Source of the DNA: Octopus sinensis
Lineage: Eukaryota
Length of the DNA: 64,000 nucleotides
Reading direction: 5' to 3'
NCBI RefSeq assembly: GCF_006345805.1
Contig: NC_043005.1
Location: 55,304,001-55,368,000, forward strand
Of this stretch, positions 51,300-64,000 are shown one piece after another; position 1 is the first letter of the stretch; every line of letters starts with the position of its first letter. Position numbers and translations under genes: made by a program. The notes under the pieces were generated by a model. The model worked only from the letters and a program-made list of their open reading frames with translations. It was not told the origin of the DNA and made no database searches.

Positions 51300-52070
51300 G
51301 GGAAAACTCACTCTGATCATTCTGAATTTGTTGGTGGGATCCAGGTCATGATTGACAACAATCCTTCCAAATCAATCAGGTACCTCGCCAGGGACATGGG
51401 AATGTCTGAGTTTCTTAGGCAGTTGATGAAGACATTTGGTATTCCTCATACAAGATGAGAAAAAGCCACCAAGGACAAGAGGAAAGACCGCATTACAAAA
51501 ATTTTGAACAAACTCAAGCATCTCCTATAACCAAACATGTTTTGGTTTTTCTCAGACAAGAAAAATTTCTGCCAGGGCCAGATGGTGGACACAGAACAAC
51601 CGTTGGCTTGCCATATGCCCAAAACATGTACCGAGAGTGATAAAACTCAAACATCCAGTCAACATCATGATGTTTGGAGTGATCACTAGTGATGGTGATG
51701 TTATGCCTCCATTCATCTTCCCACATGGCCTCAGACCCAACATGGAGGTCTACATTAAATGTCTGGAAGAGGTAGTGCTGCCCTGGGTGAAGAGGGAGGC
51801 TGCTGGAAGATCCTGTGTCTGGCAACAGGACTCTGCATCATGCCACACAAGCAGCAGAGAGTAGTAATGGCTGTCAGACAATTTCTGCAATCACATCACC
51901 ACTAACATCTGGCCATCTAACTCCCCAAACTGCAACCTCCTTGATTATTACATATAGAGCACAGATAACCGAGGGACCAACAAAACTCCCTGTAACATCA
52001 AAGATGAACTAAAGGTAAGGATTATGGCAGCATTCACCAACTTAAACAAGGAGACTATCTAGAAGAGTTA
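51300..52070 (+). pseudogene. maT-family (DD37D) transposase relic
   Basis: FSDKKNF; MMFGVITSDGDVMPPFIFPHG..YIKCLEEVVLPWV; WQQDSASCHTS..IWPSNSPNCNLLDYY. 37 residues between the second and third D. Contains in-frame stops. Confidence 0.82.
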
Positions 52071-52127
52071 CAATTCCAGTTAATTGTTGTAATATCATAA
52101 TATATATATCATCATCTTCATCAACAT

Positions 52128-52175
<48 letters not shown>

Positions 52176-52220
52176 AGAGAATGAATGGAGTTGAATGCAA
52201 TTGTTATTCAAATTCTTTTA

Positions 52221-52306
52221 TTTTCAACATATGTTTCGAAGAAAACATTGGTTTTATTCCAAAAGAATAAGCGGTGTAAAATAATGTAATCTTCACATCA
52301 GGAAAG
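52221..52306 (-). ncRNA. Hammerhead motif with A9U change, predicted impaired
   Basis: CUUUC-CUGAUGU-GAAGA..UCUUC-GAAA-C-AUAU-GUU-GAAAA. Confidence 0.6.
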
Positions 52307-52639
52307 AAAGAGAACCTATCTAAACAAGACATTATAACAATTTTGATGACTGCATAAATGATAAACAGAACGCTATCAAGTATTTTTTAAAAAACTGTCA
52401 GTAGATCTGATGTCAAAGGCAGACCATAGGAAGAGGAGTAACTAAATAATAAGTAAAGAACAAATAAAGGGGGATATATTGGTTGAAAAAATGTTCAAAG
52501 GCTATCCCTTCTCTTCCCATGGTCTGCCTTTGATGTCAGATCTACTAACGGTTTTTAAAAAATACTTAATAGCGTTATGTTTATCATTTATGCAGTCACC
52601 AAAAAATTGTTATAATGTCTTGTTGTTGAGATAGGTTCT

Positions 52640-52729
52640 CTTTCTTACCTGATGAGAAGATTACATTATTTTACAGCATTTATTCCTTTGGAATAAAACC
52701 AATTTTGTCTTCGAAACATATGTCGAAAG
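52640..52729 (+). ncRNA. Type I hammerhead ribozyme, intact core, long stem II
   Basis: CUGAUGA 52649-52655. Stem II GAAGA/UCUUC. GAAA 52713-16, C-AUAU-GUC (palindromic ACAUAUGU), then GAAAG. Confidence 0.75.
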
Positions 52730-52972
52730 TAAAAGAATTTGAATAACACCTGTGTTCAACTCACTTTATTTACTTATATTATACAAATTACTGCACATTA
52801 ACATTAATATGGAGTCTCTACTTTTGAATAGGTCGCTACATCCTTGTTACTTGCGTGAATTTTGCTACCCTGGTAACTGCTTATTGAATTTTCCGTGTTA
52901 ACTGTAAACAAAGGATAATTAATTCATCCATTAACACCCCCCACACACATATATATATATTTATATATATAT

Positions 52973-53018
<46 letters not shown>

Positions 53019-53032
53019 CATATATATATATA

Positions 53033-53413
53033 CTAGCAGTATCGCCCGGCGTTGCTCGGGTTTGTAAAGGAATAACTATATAAGCATTTTTAGAGATGTA
53101 AAGTATAATAGCCATTTCAATATGGCTAACCACAAAGGGAAGTGTTACTGTAGCTTTCTACATTCTGAGATTTAATAATACATTTTTAGAGAGTTACTTC
53201 CCTTATATAATAGCAAAAATGAGAAAAAATAATGGTAAATTTTTTTTTAAATCGTAGACTCATTGTAGACGCGCGCTAATACCCAGAAGGGCTCGATATG
53301 AATCACGACTATAAGATACCCGCTTTTGGTTACACTGCACTGCAAAATGTGGGAGTAGTTAGGAATCTAAATCGTAGGAGACAGACACACAACTTCACTT
53401 TTATATATAAAGA
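53033..53413 (-). mobile_element. Non-autonomous Helitron
   Basis: TC..CTAG termini on the minus strand, hairpin CCCGAGCAACGCCGGG. Homologue of 1158-1555. Confidence 0.82.
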
Positions 53414-53446
53414 TATATACATACATATATATATATATACATATAT

Positions 53447-53494
<48 letters not shown>

Positions 53495-53533
53495 TATATA
53501 TATGTAATATATATATATATAATAATATATATA

Positions 53534-53937
53534 GGCACAGGAGTGGCTGTGTGGTAAGTAGCTTGCTTACCAACCATATGGTTCCAGGTTCAATCCCACT
53601 ACGTGGAACCTTGGGCAAGTGTCTTCTACTATAGCCTCGGGCCGACCAAAGCCTTGTGAGTGGATTTGGTGAACGGAAACTGACAGAAGCCCGTCGCATA
53701 TATGTATATATATGTGTGTTTATGTGTCTGTGTTTGTCCCCCCAACATCGCTTGACAACCGATGCTGGTGTGTTTAAGTCCCCATAACTTAGCGGTTTGG
53801 CAAAAGAGACCGGTAGAATAAGAACTAGGCTTACAAAGAATAAGTCCTGGGGTCGATTTCCTCGACTAAAGGCAGTACTCCAGCATGGCTTCAGTCAAAT
53901 GACTGAAACAAGTAAAAGAGTAAAAGAGTGTAAGAGT
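53534..53937 (+). mobile_element. SINE S1, full length, used as the reference copy
   Basis: tRNA-like head (tggctgtgtggtaag / ggttccaggttcaatccc), internal TA/TG tract, 3' body and (AAAAGAGT)n tail. Confidence 0.9.
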
Positions 53938-54072
53938 AATATATATATCCGAAACTCAGAGTTTTATCTTGGCTACCGAGTAACTGTCACATAATTTTAC
54001 AGATAAATACCTCTATTTACATAATATTGAGGTCTCTTTCTTCTTTTGTTATCTTACCGTTTTTACCTATAT

Positions 54073-54110
<38 letters not shown>

Positions 54111-54131
54111 CATATATATATATATACACAC

Positions 54132-54183
<52 letters not shown>

Positions 54184-54644
54184 TTAGATTAAACAGTCAT
54201 CTATTAGTCTCGAATCATTATGTGGTTAAGAAGTAAACTTCCTATGCACAGTTTCACCTGTGACTACGACACATTATTTCATATGCTTTGACATCTCTGC
54301 CAGTCAGCCAAAGTAACTAATATGTAAAAAAAAAAGAAAAAAAAAAAACAGCAAGAAAAAGAAATATTGCCCTCCAAAATCATTATATTGAAAATTAATT
54401 AAAATAATTAAGTATAGTATCTCATTAAAACTATAGTCAGGAAACGAAAATTTAATTCTTCATGAATGAGTCATAAGACATTTGTTGTTGTTGTTGCTGT
54501 TAGCAGCAGTGGCTGTGTTGGTGATGGTGATAGTGGTGGTAGTGCTCTTGGTGTTTAGCCCTAGGTCAGTCCATTTTAGACATACCTTGGATCAAAGACA
54601 TTCCAGGCATGATCTTTCCAACTTTCTTTTTCGTGCAAGTGTGG

Positions 54645-54800
54645 CTGTGTGGAAAGAAGTTTGTTTCCCAATCACTTGGTTCCAGGTTCAGTCTCACTGC
54701 ATGGCACCTTGGGCAAGTGTCTTCTATTATAACCCCAGGCCAACCAAAGACTTGTGAATGAATTTGGTTGATGGAAACTAAAAGAAACCCATTATATACA
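54645..54800 (+). mobile_element. SINE S1 head
   Basis: Match to the S1 head. Confidence 0.75.
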
Positions 54801-55116
54801 TACACACACACATCTATATATATATATATAAATTCCCAAATCAATCAGGTGCAATCCTTCAGCGTTATATGCATCTACATATCGTTCTTTGGGGTCTTAT
54901 TTATCGTATATTTATCTATAAATATACAAAGTGTCTGATAAAAGTCAATATTCAATTTTGGGGGATTAATCGATATACGGGTATTCTATTTCAGATAATA
55001 CAAAAATAACCTTATGAGTATATCTGATAGTAAACTCATGGTATCAGTTTGCACATCACGAAATAATACTTAAAGGATATAGCCTATATAGATATATATA
55101 TATATATAATATTATA

Positions 55117-55159
<43 letters not shown>

Positions 55160-55364
55160 TGAGAAAGTTGGTTTGTGAAAGCACGTGGTTGAATATATAG
55201 AAAATAGTAAAAAGTGAAAAAACTACAGAAGGCTTCTTTTAAAAGGTTAAAAAATATATATTTGAGTCAATATGTCTGAAGAATGTTATCAATTTTTTTC
55301 TTACAATGACATAATTTAGAAGAAATGACCGGTTTCGCGTTCAGCTTATATATATGGGGTAAGG

Positions 55365-55702
55365 GGTAAGTCTGTCTTTGGTCATGAATGACCATGGGAT
55401 TGCACCTAGAAAGTTACCCTCCCAGGCACAAGTCTGGGCAAGATTATTTATGGAAGATCAGCAGTCACCCATGCATACCAGCCTCTCCTCTCTACACCAT
55501 TGATGTTATCCAAAGGAAAGGCAAAAGCTGATACAGCTTGGCACCAGTGACATCACAACTCATTTCTACAGCTGAGTGAACTGGAGCAATGTAAAATAAA
55601 GTGTCTTGCTCCAGAACACATCACATGGCCTGCTCTGGGAATTGAACTCACTACCTCATGACTGTGAGCCTGGCACTCTAACCACTGAGCCTTGCACCTT
55701 CA
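55365..55702 (-). mobile_element. SINE family S3
   Basis: Homologous to 1570-1928. A partial copy lies at 60985-61193. Confidence 0.8.
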
Positions 55703-56995
55703 GTGATAGGCAGACAATAAGACTAAGGTAAGCCTCATCTTATGAAACAAATAGTAAATGTTAAAAATAATAGTTTGCCATTTTCATATGTTGCAAGGAC
55801 AACAAGAAATATATAGAAATTAACATAGAGGTGTATAATTTAACACTTGTATCTGAATATATACCCTTGAGATGTAAATTTTTTGCAGTGCTGTTCTCCG
55901 GAAAATATGACACACTTTCTCATAAAAACTACATTTTCTCACACAGTTGTTCTTCATAATGTATGGAAACCCATTCTGGAAGCTATTTTTTTTTTTTGAT
56001 TTATCATAAAGAATACAAACCATGAAAAGAAAAGAGGAGAGGATAGAAAGGAAGAGAGAATGAAAGAGAATAAAAATGAAAGAAAGAAAGAGATTGAAGA
56101 GAAATCAGAAATATAATAAATAACAAGCAAAATCATGTGTGTTCTATGTTAGTATTTCTTTGATATATATCATATCCTTTTTTATCTTGTTTCTTGTGAG
56201 TAGATAAAGATTGATTATGGTGAAGCTATGGTCAAAACAGAATACACAGTTCAAACAGCATCATGAGATCTTCAAATTTATCAGTCTCTCTTCTTGCTTT
56301 AAGATCTATTTTGACTACAACACCCACTCCCCCCTCTCTCTCTCTCTCTCCTTCTGTCTCATATTCATTCCATCCCTCCTTCCTTCTCTTTCTCTTTCTC
56401 TATCTCCCTCTCTTTACTTCTAAAGGTTGGCTAACACCATTGTGCAATCTTCAGTTTCACTCAGAAGATATATTTTTATATTTTTTTTATGACTTATTTT
56501 ATCAGAATTTTTTTATGATTATTTGTAAATTTTTTCTTTGCCCTGTTTTTTTTTTTTGGCTTTTTTAAAAATAATTTCTGATTTATTGTTTTTTTTTTAC
56601 TTTACCAAAGCTTGCTGCCGTTCTTTTGATATCAAATATTTCTTTTCCTTTTTTGTTTTACTGTTTGTTGTTTATTACACATATTTATTTGTATTATTCA
56701 TTCCTTCAGCTATATTTCTTTCTTTGCTTTTGTCTAACTCCTTCATTCCTTCTTTCTTTCTTTACTTTTTATTCTTTCTTCTTCTTTTTCTTTCTTCCGT
56801 TTCTTTTTCCTTCCTTCCTTTCTTACTTATTTTTCATTCTTTCTTTCCACCTTTATTTTTTTTTTTTCATTCTTTCCATTCTCCTTCCTCCAACCCATTC
56901 CTTTTTACGACAGTACTCACTGCTAACTCTCCAAAAAGAGAGATAGAAAATAAAATCTAAGGATGAAATTTCAAGGGTAAATATTTCTTTTCCAT

Positions 56996-56997
<2 letters not shown>

Positions 56998-57029
<32 letters not shown>

Positions 57030-57189
57030 CCACCACCACCACCACCATCACCACCACCCACCACCAACCACCATCATCATCATCAGCACCATCATCATCA
57101 TCACCACCACCACCACCACCACCACCACCACCATCATCCTCATCATCATCATCATCATCATCACCACCACCACCATAACCACCACCACC

Positions 57190-57220
<31 letters not shown>

Positions 57221-57275
57221 CCACCACCACCACCACCACCATCACCACCACCACCACCACCACCACCACCACAGC

Positions 57276-57313
<38 letters not shown>

Positions 57314-57332
57314 CTATTGTTGTTGTTGTTTC

Positions 57333-57365
<33 letters not shown>

Positions 57366-57372
57366 CATCATC
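56998..57372. repeat. (CAT)n/(CAC)n/(TAT)n compound trinucleotide repeat
   Basis: Direct inspection. Confidence 0.95.
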
Positions 57373-58359
57373 ATCGTAGCTGTCGAATCTTCTAGTATCA
57401 TATTCAATTCAATTACAAATGAATGCTTTGATTGTCAAACCTTCATCATCTTTCTCTCTTCCTCTTTCCTTCCTCTTCTTCACCATCACCACCACCATCA
57501 TCATCATCATCATCATCATTACCTTCTTCTTCTTCTTCTCCTCCGCCTCATCATCCCTTCCTCTTCCTTCATCTTTGTGTCCTCTTTGAACTACCCCACC
57601 ACACAGAAAAAAAGAAAACTTCCACTGCCTATTAATATGAATATTTATAAGTTATGACAACCGAAAAAACTGCCTTTTCTTGACAGTGACTTTGACTTGT
57701 CCCAGCATGTGTACATCTTGATGGCTCACCCACACACACACGCACGCACACACACACACACACACACACCACACTCACACACACACACACACACACACAT
57801 ACACACACACACACACACATGCACAAACTCACATACAACTCAGGCAGGCAACAAACATGTTGATAAGAACGTCTTCAATTGAACAGCTTTCAATGAGGCA
57901 TGAAGTGTTTTAATGTCATTTATATACGATATTATCTGTGTACTTTCATTGAATTCATCCTATTTTGTAAAGCCTCCTTCTCCTGTTCGACCCAAAACCC
58001 TCACTGCCTCCACCTTCACTAACGGAACCACCATTCCACCACATACTACTGACCTCATCTACATCCTTCTTTACAAGTCATATAGCAAATATACATTTTC
58101 TTTCTCTTCTTTTTCATTCATCATCATAATTATCTCCTTCATATTTTTCTTCATCATTTGCTTCATAGCCCTTCTTTTGAAATCTTCTACGCTATTGTTC
58201 TTCTTTCTTTTTCTTCTTCTTTAAACTTTTCCTCCTCCTCCTTCTTCATATTTTCTTTTCTTACCTTCTTATTATTTTCCTTCTTATTCATACTTCTTCC
58301 TAGTACTTCATTCTTTTCTTACTTTTTTATAATTTTTCTTCTTATTCATTCTTCTTCTT

Positions 58360-58390
<31 letters not shown>

Positions 58391-58481
58391 TTATTATTAT
58401 TATTATTTATTATTATTATTATATTATATATTATTTATCCATCATCATCATTATTATTTTATTATTATTATAATTATTATT

Positions 58482-58525
<44 letters not shown>

Positions 58526-58699
58526 TATATTAATTATGTTTTTTCTTCTTTCTTCATAATTTTCTTTCCATTCTCGCTGAGTGTTTTCCATTCACCTAGG
58601 GCAGAGAGGCTCTTGTATGCATTCACAGATTACACAAATCACAATTGCAACAGAGATAAAATATGTATTAGTTAAAATTATATATAATAAAATAAATTA

Positions 58700-58815
58700 T
58701 GGATGGATGTTGTTTCACAGCAGCGATATGTTCTTATCAGTACATGAGCCGTTCCAGTTAATACGATTTTTTGCACACTTCCTGTAGGGATGGTAGGCCT
58801 GGAATCATTTTCAAA
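58700..58815 (-). pseudogene. C-terminal remnant of an RLE-type non-LTR ORF
   Basis: PTIPTGSVQKIVLTGTAHVL resembles the QK..L.GTAH.LR terminus of these elements. Confidence 0.45.
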
Positions 58816-58868
58816 TAGGTTATTATTATTTTCATCATCATGATCATTTATTATTATTATTATTATTA

Positions 58869-58910
<42 letters not shown>

Positions 58911-58911
<1 letters not shown>

Positions 58912-59462
58912 TGAGAGAGCAGTGTATGCCATCAAAATGAGACTGGGGTACAAATATATGAAGCCTAGTATGCCCGTCATAGCTACCCATCTGATAAGGG
59001 TACACCAGGCACATGCATTACAACCATATTTGTGTGACATGGTGATCTCATATCAAGATAAACAGCGCATGATCTTGCAGTTGGGGCCCAGTTAGAATTT
59101 CCTTCAGGTTGAGTAGCCCATCCTGCTCAAAAGGTCCCTGAATAAGGTTTGTTTTAAGGATGATGAACAAAGCACCCATGTTTCCAGAGGTGAATTATCC
59201 AAACTCCAAAGAATTCTTCTCAACACATGACTATGATGCTCCCCCACTACTTCTGCTCGTGATCAGAGATGCACATATCGTCAGCCACTAAGGGACATAC
59301 TCAACTGGTAAAGGTCAAACAACTGACAAGCAAATCTGTGGTATTGAGCAGAATATTTGCTGTAGGCCATCTTTTATACCAAGACAAAACAATGTACATG
59401 ATAATGCTTCCAATTCAGTTAAGATGAAAATCCATGAGAGTCACAGCCTGGTATTGCATCGG
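58911..59462 (-). mobile_element. Unclassified ~550-bp interspersed retroposon with (AAT)n tail
   Basis: Ends in (AAT)n on the minus strand. Single copy in this window, so repeat status is from recall only. Confidence 0.4.
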
Positions 59463-59470
59463 GGGCATTT

Positions 59471-59502
<32 letters not shown>

Positions 59503-61712
59503 TTCTTTCTTCTTATTCCTCTTCCCTTTTGGTCTAAATATTTCTGCTTCCTTATACTTCATTTTCCTTGTTTCTTTTCTTCATAATTTTTTTTCTTTTT
59601 ATCCATTTCCTCTCCCTCCTCCTTTCTTTCTCCCTCTCCTCTTTGTATTAAGGTGGAAAGAGAGGAGAAAGGTTAAAACCTTTTTTTTTTGTTATTGCTA
59701 ATGTTTAATCTTAAACTCTACAACACTAGTAAAGTGATCAAACAGACCAATGATTAAAGTTATTTCAAAATATATCCATACCGTCCTTCAGACTTTTCCA
59801 ATTGGAATATCACAGAGAGTGCTCAGTTTTGCCCTTCGTACTTTCAGATCAACAAATAAACTATCAGTCTAAGATGATACATTATTGAAACTGTTAGAGA
59901 TTTGGACAAACTTGTGTCAGGAATTACTACTGACAGGTAATGTCGATAATTGAAACCCCACCCAACAAAAAAGAAAAAATTGAAAAACAAAGTTTTCTTT
60001 TAATTTATTTAAGTCATTCTATTATTCTTTCAGTCACAGGACTGTGGCCTTACCAAGGCATGTGCTGCATTAGGAAATCACATAAACTCCAGCACTTGTT
60101 TTATTCTGTTACATATTGTCTGAAAGCCATGAGAACACCTCGGATAATATAGTTCTAGATGCATTCTCAGAAAATTAGCTGGCATGGTCTGGGTAGGACA
60201 ACCTTTGGTTATAAGCATGTTGGATAAGGGCAGAACTGGACTAAACTACACCAACTAGAACACAATTACTTTAATTTCTTTTGTAGACACAAAATGAAAT
60301 GCCAACAAGTTAATATGAATTTACAAACCATGAGTCAGTACTTTATTTCACGATGCTCATGCTGTATCTCTCCAGAATATTGACCTCCTGTAATAACCTC
60401 CCTGAATATGCCTCTCCTGCAATCATCAGCTTGTAACAGTATATAAGGAATATTTATGGCATCAATCACACTGGTTTCAGAGAGCCTGAAACTATATGGG
60501 ATGCCGTCTCTTAATCCACACTGTCATCATCATAATCAACATCGTTGTTTTAAGGTCCACTTTTCCATGCTTCCATGAGTCAGATGGAGGTCATTGACAA
60601 AAAGTTTCTACATCAACACTCACCTGTTTCCAAGTGAGGTAATATCTTCCCATGACCAGGCATGTTTCTACAGAAGACTGGAAATGTGGATTGATGATGG
60701 TATCAATCATTTTGCAACTATCACACTCTCAAGACAAAGATATACAAGCATTCACATGCACACATACAACACAGACACACATGTACACATGAGCATGCAC
60801 ATGCACACACACACACACACACAATGGGCTTCTCATAGTTACTGTCTACAATCCACTCAAAAAGCTTTGATCAGCCCAGGGCTATATTAGAAGACACTTG
60901 CTCATGGTGCCATACAGTGAGACTGAATCTGAAACTATGTGGTTAAGAAGCAAACTTCTTATCTCAGAGTCATAAAAAAAGACACCCCTTTTGGGGTAAC
61001 TTTCTAGGATTGCACCAAGGTTGTTTATGGGAGACCAGCAGTCACCCATGCATACCAGCCTCCTCTCTCTACATCACCAAACTGATATAGACTGGCATGT
61101 GCTCAAGAACACAACACACAGCCCAGTCCAGGAATCAAACTCACTCCTTCATGATTATGAATCTGATGCTCTAACCAATGAGCCATGCACCTTCACAGAG
61201 CTATACTTGCACTTAAAAATATTAAGCAATGAAAATACAAAAAAAAAATTGTTTTCTATCTGATTCACATTTTCATTTCTAATATTATAAAGCAAATTCT
61301 CAAATTTCTGTCAATATCTAAACAAATGACCAAAGCTAATGAAATTTAAATATTTAACTAATGTTTGTACACACAATATTGTCTGGAATATTTTGGAAAT
61401 TCTTCAACATATATATCTCAGGTAGAAGCTACAGACATGCTTTGATTGAGTAAATATGCTCTGAAGCAGAAGGGTTTCCTCTCAGAATCTATTCACTATT
61501 TATATCAGTTGCTAAGCAACCAATGGAGAATGATATTACTGGATAACCCTTGTTTTGGTCTGGCTTTACAATCTGAATGTAAATATAGCCAGTTTGTTTA
61601 AAAAAAGATAGATATTATCTATGGAATATTTTTAAATCATTCAAATTGGCTACACTGAGAATAGACATTTGGCTATTGATCCTGACTGAAGCAGAACAAA
61701 TACACACACAGC

Positions 61713-61748
<36 letters not shown>

Positions 61749-63168
61749 TGCACGCACGCACACACACACACACACACATACACACACACGTACATACACG
61801 TGTCTATATGTATAAGAATGTATGTGCCTATATATATGTATATATATATATACACATGTGCATAGATAGATGTGTAGATAGAAAATATATATGTATATAT
61901 ATATACACACACACACACATATATATATATATACACACATGTGTATAGATAGATATGTAGAGAGATAATATATATGTGTGTATACATATATTCATATATA
62001 TATTTATGTATATAATATGTACACACACATGTATATATATATATATATATATATATAAACATCTATGCATGCATATATATATGTATATATATGAGTGTAT
62101 ATATATATAATATTATATTTATATACAGAGAGAGAGGAAGAGGGAGAGATAATTATATCTTCTGGGGGTTTGTTTGTGACAGAGTTGCTGAGCAAAAATA
62201 ATTTTTTGAAAAATCAATGTAAGTTTAAATAAGTTTCACAAGAACTAAAATGGAATATTCTGTCATTTAGAATTAACACGAAAGGATTCTTTAGAAGTAG
62301 GAATATAACATTGTTGCTTGCCAGAAGACCAATAGCTTAATTCTTAGCTATTTAGACAGTCAGATAGATAAGATTCCATGTTCTGGATATGGAATTGATA
62401 TTATTCAATCAATGAATGTCCTGTAGGGTTACAAACAAGGAAGCTGGTTGATTGTGAATCTTTGTTACAGTTGCTGTAGTTCTTGCCAATCTGAAGCCAT
62501 CTGACCTAATGGAAAACATCACCTCTATGAACTCCACTGATAATCTAAAGCCAAAGAAGATTCTAGGTTTTCATTTGTTCATCAAATGCTCCCTGGATTT
62601 CAAATGAACTTCTTGGTAAAACTGCTCAGAGGGGGCTATAACACAAATGCTAATGGTCTTTACATTAGGATCAGTCACAGGTCAAATCGCATTATCCACA
62701 CACACATGCAAACATATACACATACACATACATAGAAATACACACACGTGCATTCTCATATGCAATCACATTTTTACTGACACAAGACTTCCCAAAGGCA
62801 ATCAATGCTAAGTTAACAGATAACACTTTATTGATGAGAATTGTGCTGCAGGTAAATTTAACAGGAAATTTTGATTAATTCCTTTTGCCTGATATGAACA
62901 AAAGTTTAGCTCTATCTTAGATACCACAAACTCCCATAGCTACTCTCTCTCTTTCTTATTTCAAAACAAACATACGTACACATACACATAATCATCTGAG
63001 TGCATGTGTGTGTATGTACATGAAAGCATGTGCATATATACATACATACATGCATGTATATGGTTGTTATGTTACAGTACAAAGAATTCTGCCAAGAAGA
63101 ATTGAAAAGGATATGGAATACGTATTTTAGAGTTATATTCTATTTATTGTCAGCCGTAAGCTCCATCA

Positions 63169-63219
63169 GTGTTACTCTGAGTTTCGTATTTCTGAAGATT
63201 GGAAATATATACAGTACAC
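63169..63219 (-). other. Decayed hammerhead-like remnant of the GAAAC-UCAGA-GUH type
   Basis: GUGU..UAUUUC(..)GAAAUAC-GAAAC-UCAGA-GUA-ACAC. The core is degraded to ACUGUAUA. Confidence 0.4.
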
Positions 63220-63264
63220 AAAGTTAGAGACATTTACAGCTGACAATAAATAAATAAATAAGGT

Positions 63265-63420
63265 ACAAGTGTGACTGTATGGTAAGAATTTCGCTTCTTC
63301 ACTATATGGTTCTGGGTTCAGTCCCATTGCGTGACACCTTGAGTAAGTGTCTTCCACCATAGCCTCAGGCTGACCAAAGTCTTGCGAGTGGATTTGGTAG
63401 ACAGAAACTGAAAGAGCCCA
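63265..63420 (+). mobile_element. SINE S1 head (a 3' half also at 63855-64000)
   Basis: Match to S1. Confidence 0.75.
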
Positions 63421-63423
63421 CCA

Positions 63424-63545
63424 TTTCTGTTGAAGAGCATAGGCTTGAAATGTCAAAGACTTTTCCATTCTTCACAAGTGTCAAACAAACACACACCTAT
63501 TTGTTTTGTTGTTCCCTCAACTATCTTCATCTTTTGTTTTCTGTA
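63424..63545 (+). mobile_element. HHR-like unit, family H2 (U6 core), 5'-truncated
   Basis: UUU-CUGUUGA-A-GAGC(AUAG)GCUU-GAAA-UG-UC-AAA at 63424-63457. Confidence 0.55.
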
Positions 63546-63685
63546 TGTTTGACACACACACACATACATATATAAACTCACCAGCATCATATGTCTAGCA
63601 GTGGTGGGAGACCAAATACAAACTCACAAATACAAATATACGTGTATAACATATATATATATGTATATGTGTATGTGTGTGTATA

Positions 63686-63716
<31 letters not shown>

Positions 63717-63755
63717 CACTCACATATACATATTTATATATATACACACATACAC

Positions 63756-63840
<85 letters not shown>

Positions 63841-64000
63841 ATATACGTATATCTGTATTTGTGAGTTGTGTTTGGTCTCCCACCACTGCTTGACAACCGA
63901 TGTTGGTGGGTTTATGTTCCTGCAACTTAGTGGTTCAGCAAAAGAGACCATCAGAATAAGTACCAGGTTTTAAAAACATATGTACTGGAGTCAATTTGTT

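Larger units (their letters stand above)
52170..52940. mobile_element. Fold-back HHR cassette
   Basis: Inverted repeat ~52170-52783 with ~265-bp arms and a ~75-nt spacer, plus a ~155-bp right extension. Microsatellite flanks. Confidence 0.78.

Noticed and set aside
54940-55000. CUGAUAA..GAUA hammerhead-like string (similar case at 38850-38895)
   Set aside because: Multiple core mismatches and no convincing stem II or III.
62482-62620. AVVLANLKP resembling a tRNA-binding (EMAPII-like) motif on the plus strand
   Set aside because: The match is short, the following residues diverge and the frame ends without a good donor.

Overview
AT-rich, microsatellite-saturated eukaryotic DNA with no prokaryotic genes and no CRISPR. 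The SINE families look like those of octopus/cephalopods; this assignment comes from my recognition of the repeats, not from a search. The window is best read as mostly intronic or intergenic sequence, with only two credible short exons on the minus strand (386-524, 22342-22396). Most of it is transposon debris: at least four SINE-like families, a young 5'-truncated RTE LINE with a PHD-like finger and a 61-bp tandem array in its 3' UTR, fragments of restriction-like-endonuclease non-LTR retroelements, a full-length dead mariner (DD34D), a maT (DD37D) and a Tc1 relic, two non-autonomous Helitrons and several MITEs. The main hidden signal is a dense population of type I hammerhead ribozyme (HHR) motifs, about 15 near-complete plus several remnants. 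They sit in short Penelope-like/retrozyme-like units inserted at (TA)n tracts. Four of these units are long fold-back palindromes carrying one HHR per arm. One palindrome carries a GUGAACA core in both arms, which is a compensatory G3-C8 swap of the conserved C3-G8 pair. Another family carries U at position 6 in all three copies. Ribozyme activity is inferred from sequence and hand-folded structure only. Nearly all ORFs in the supplied track are microsatellite artefacts.
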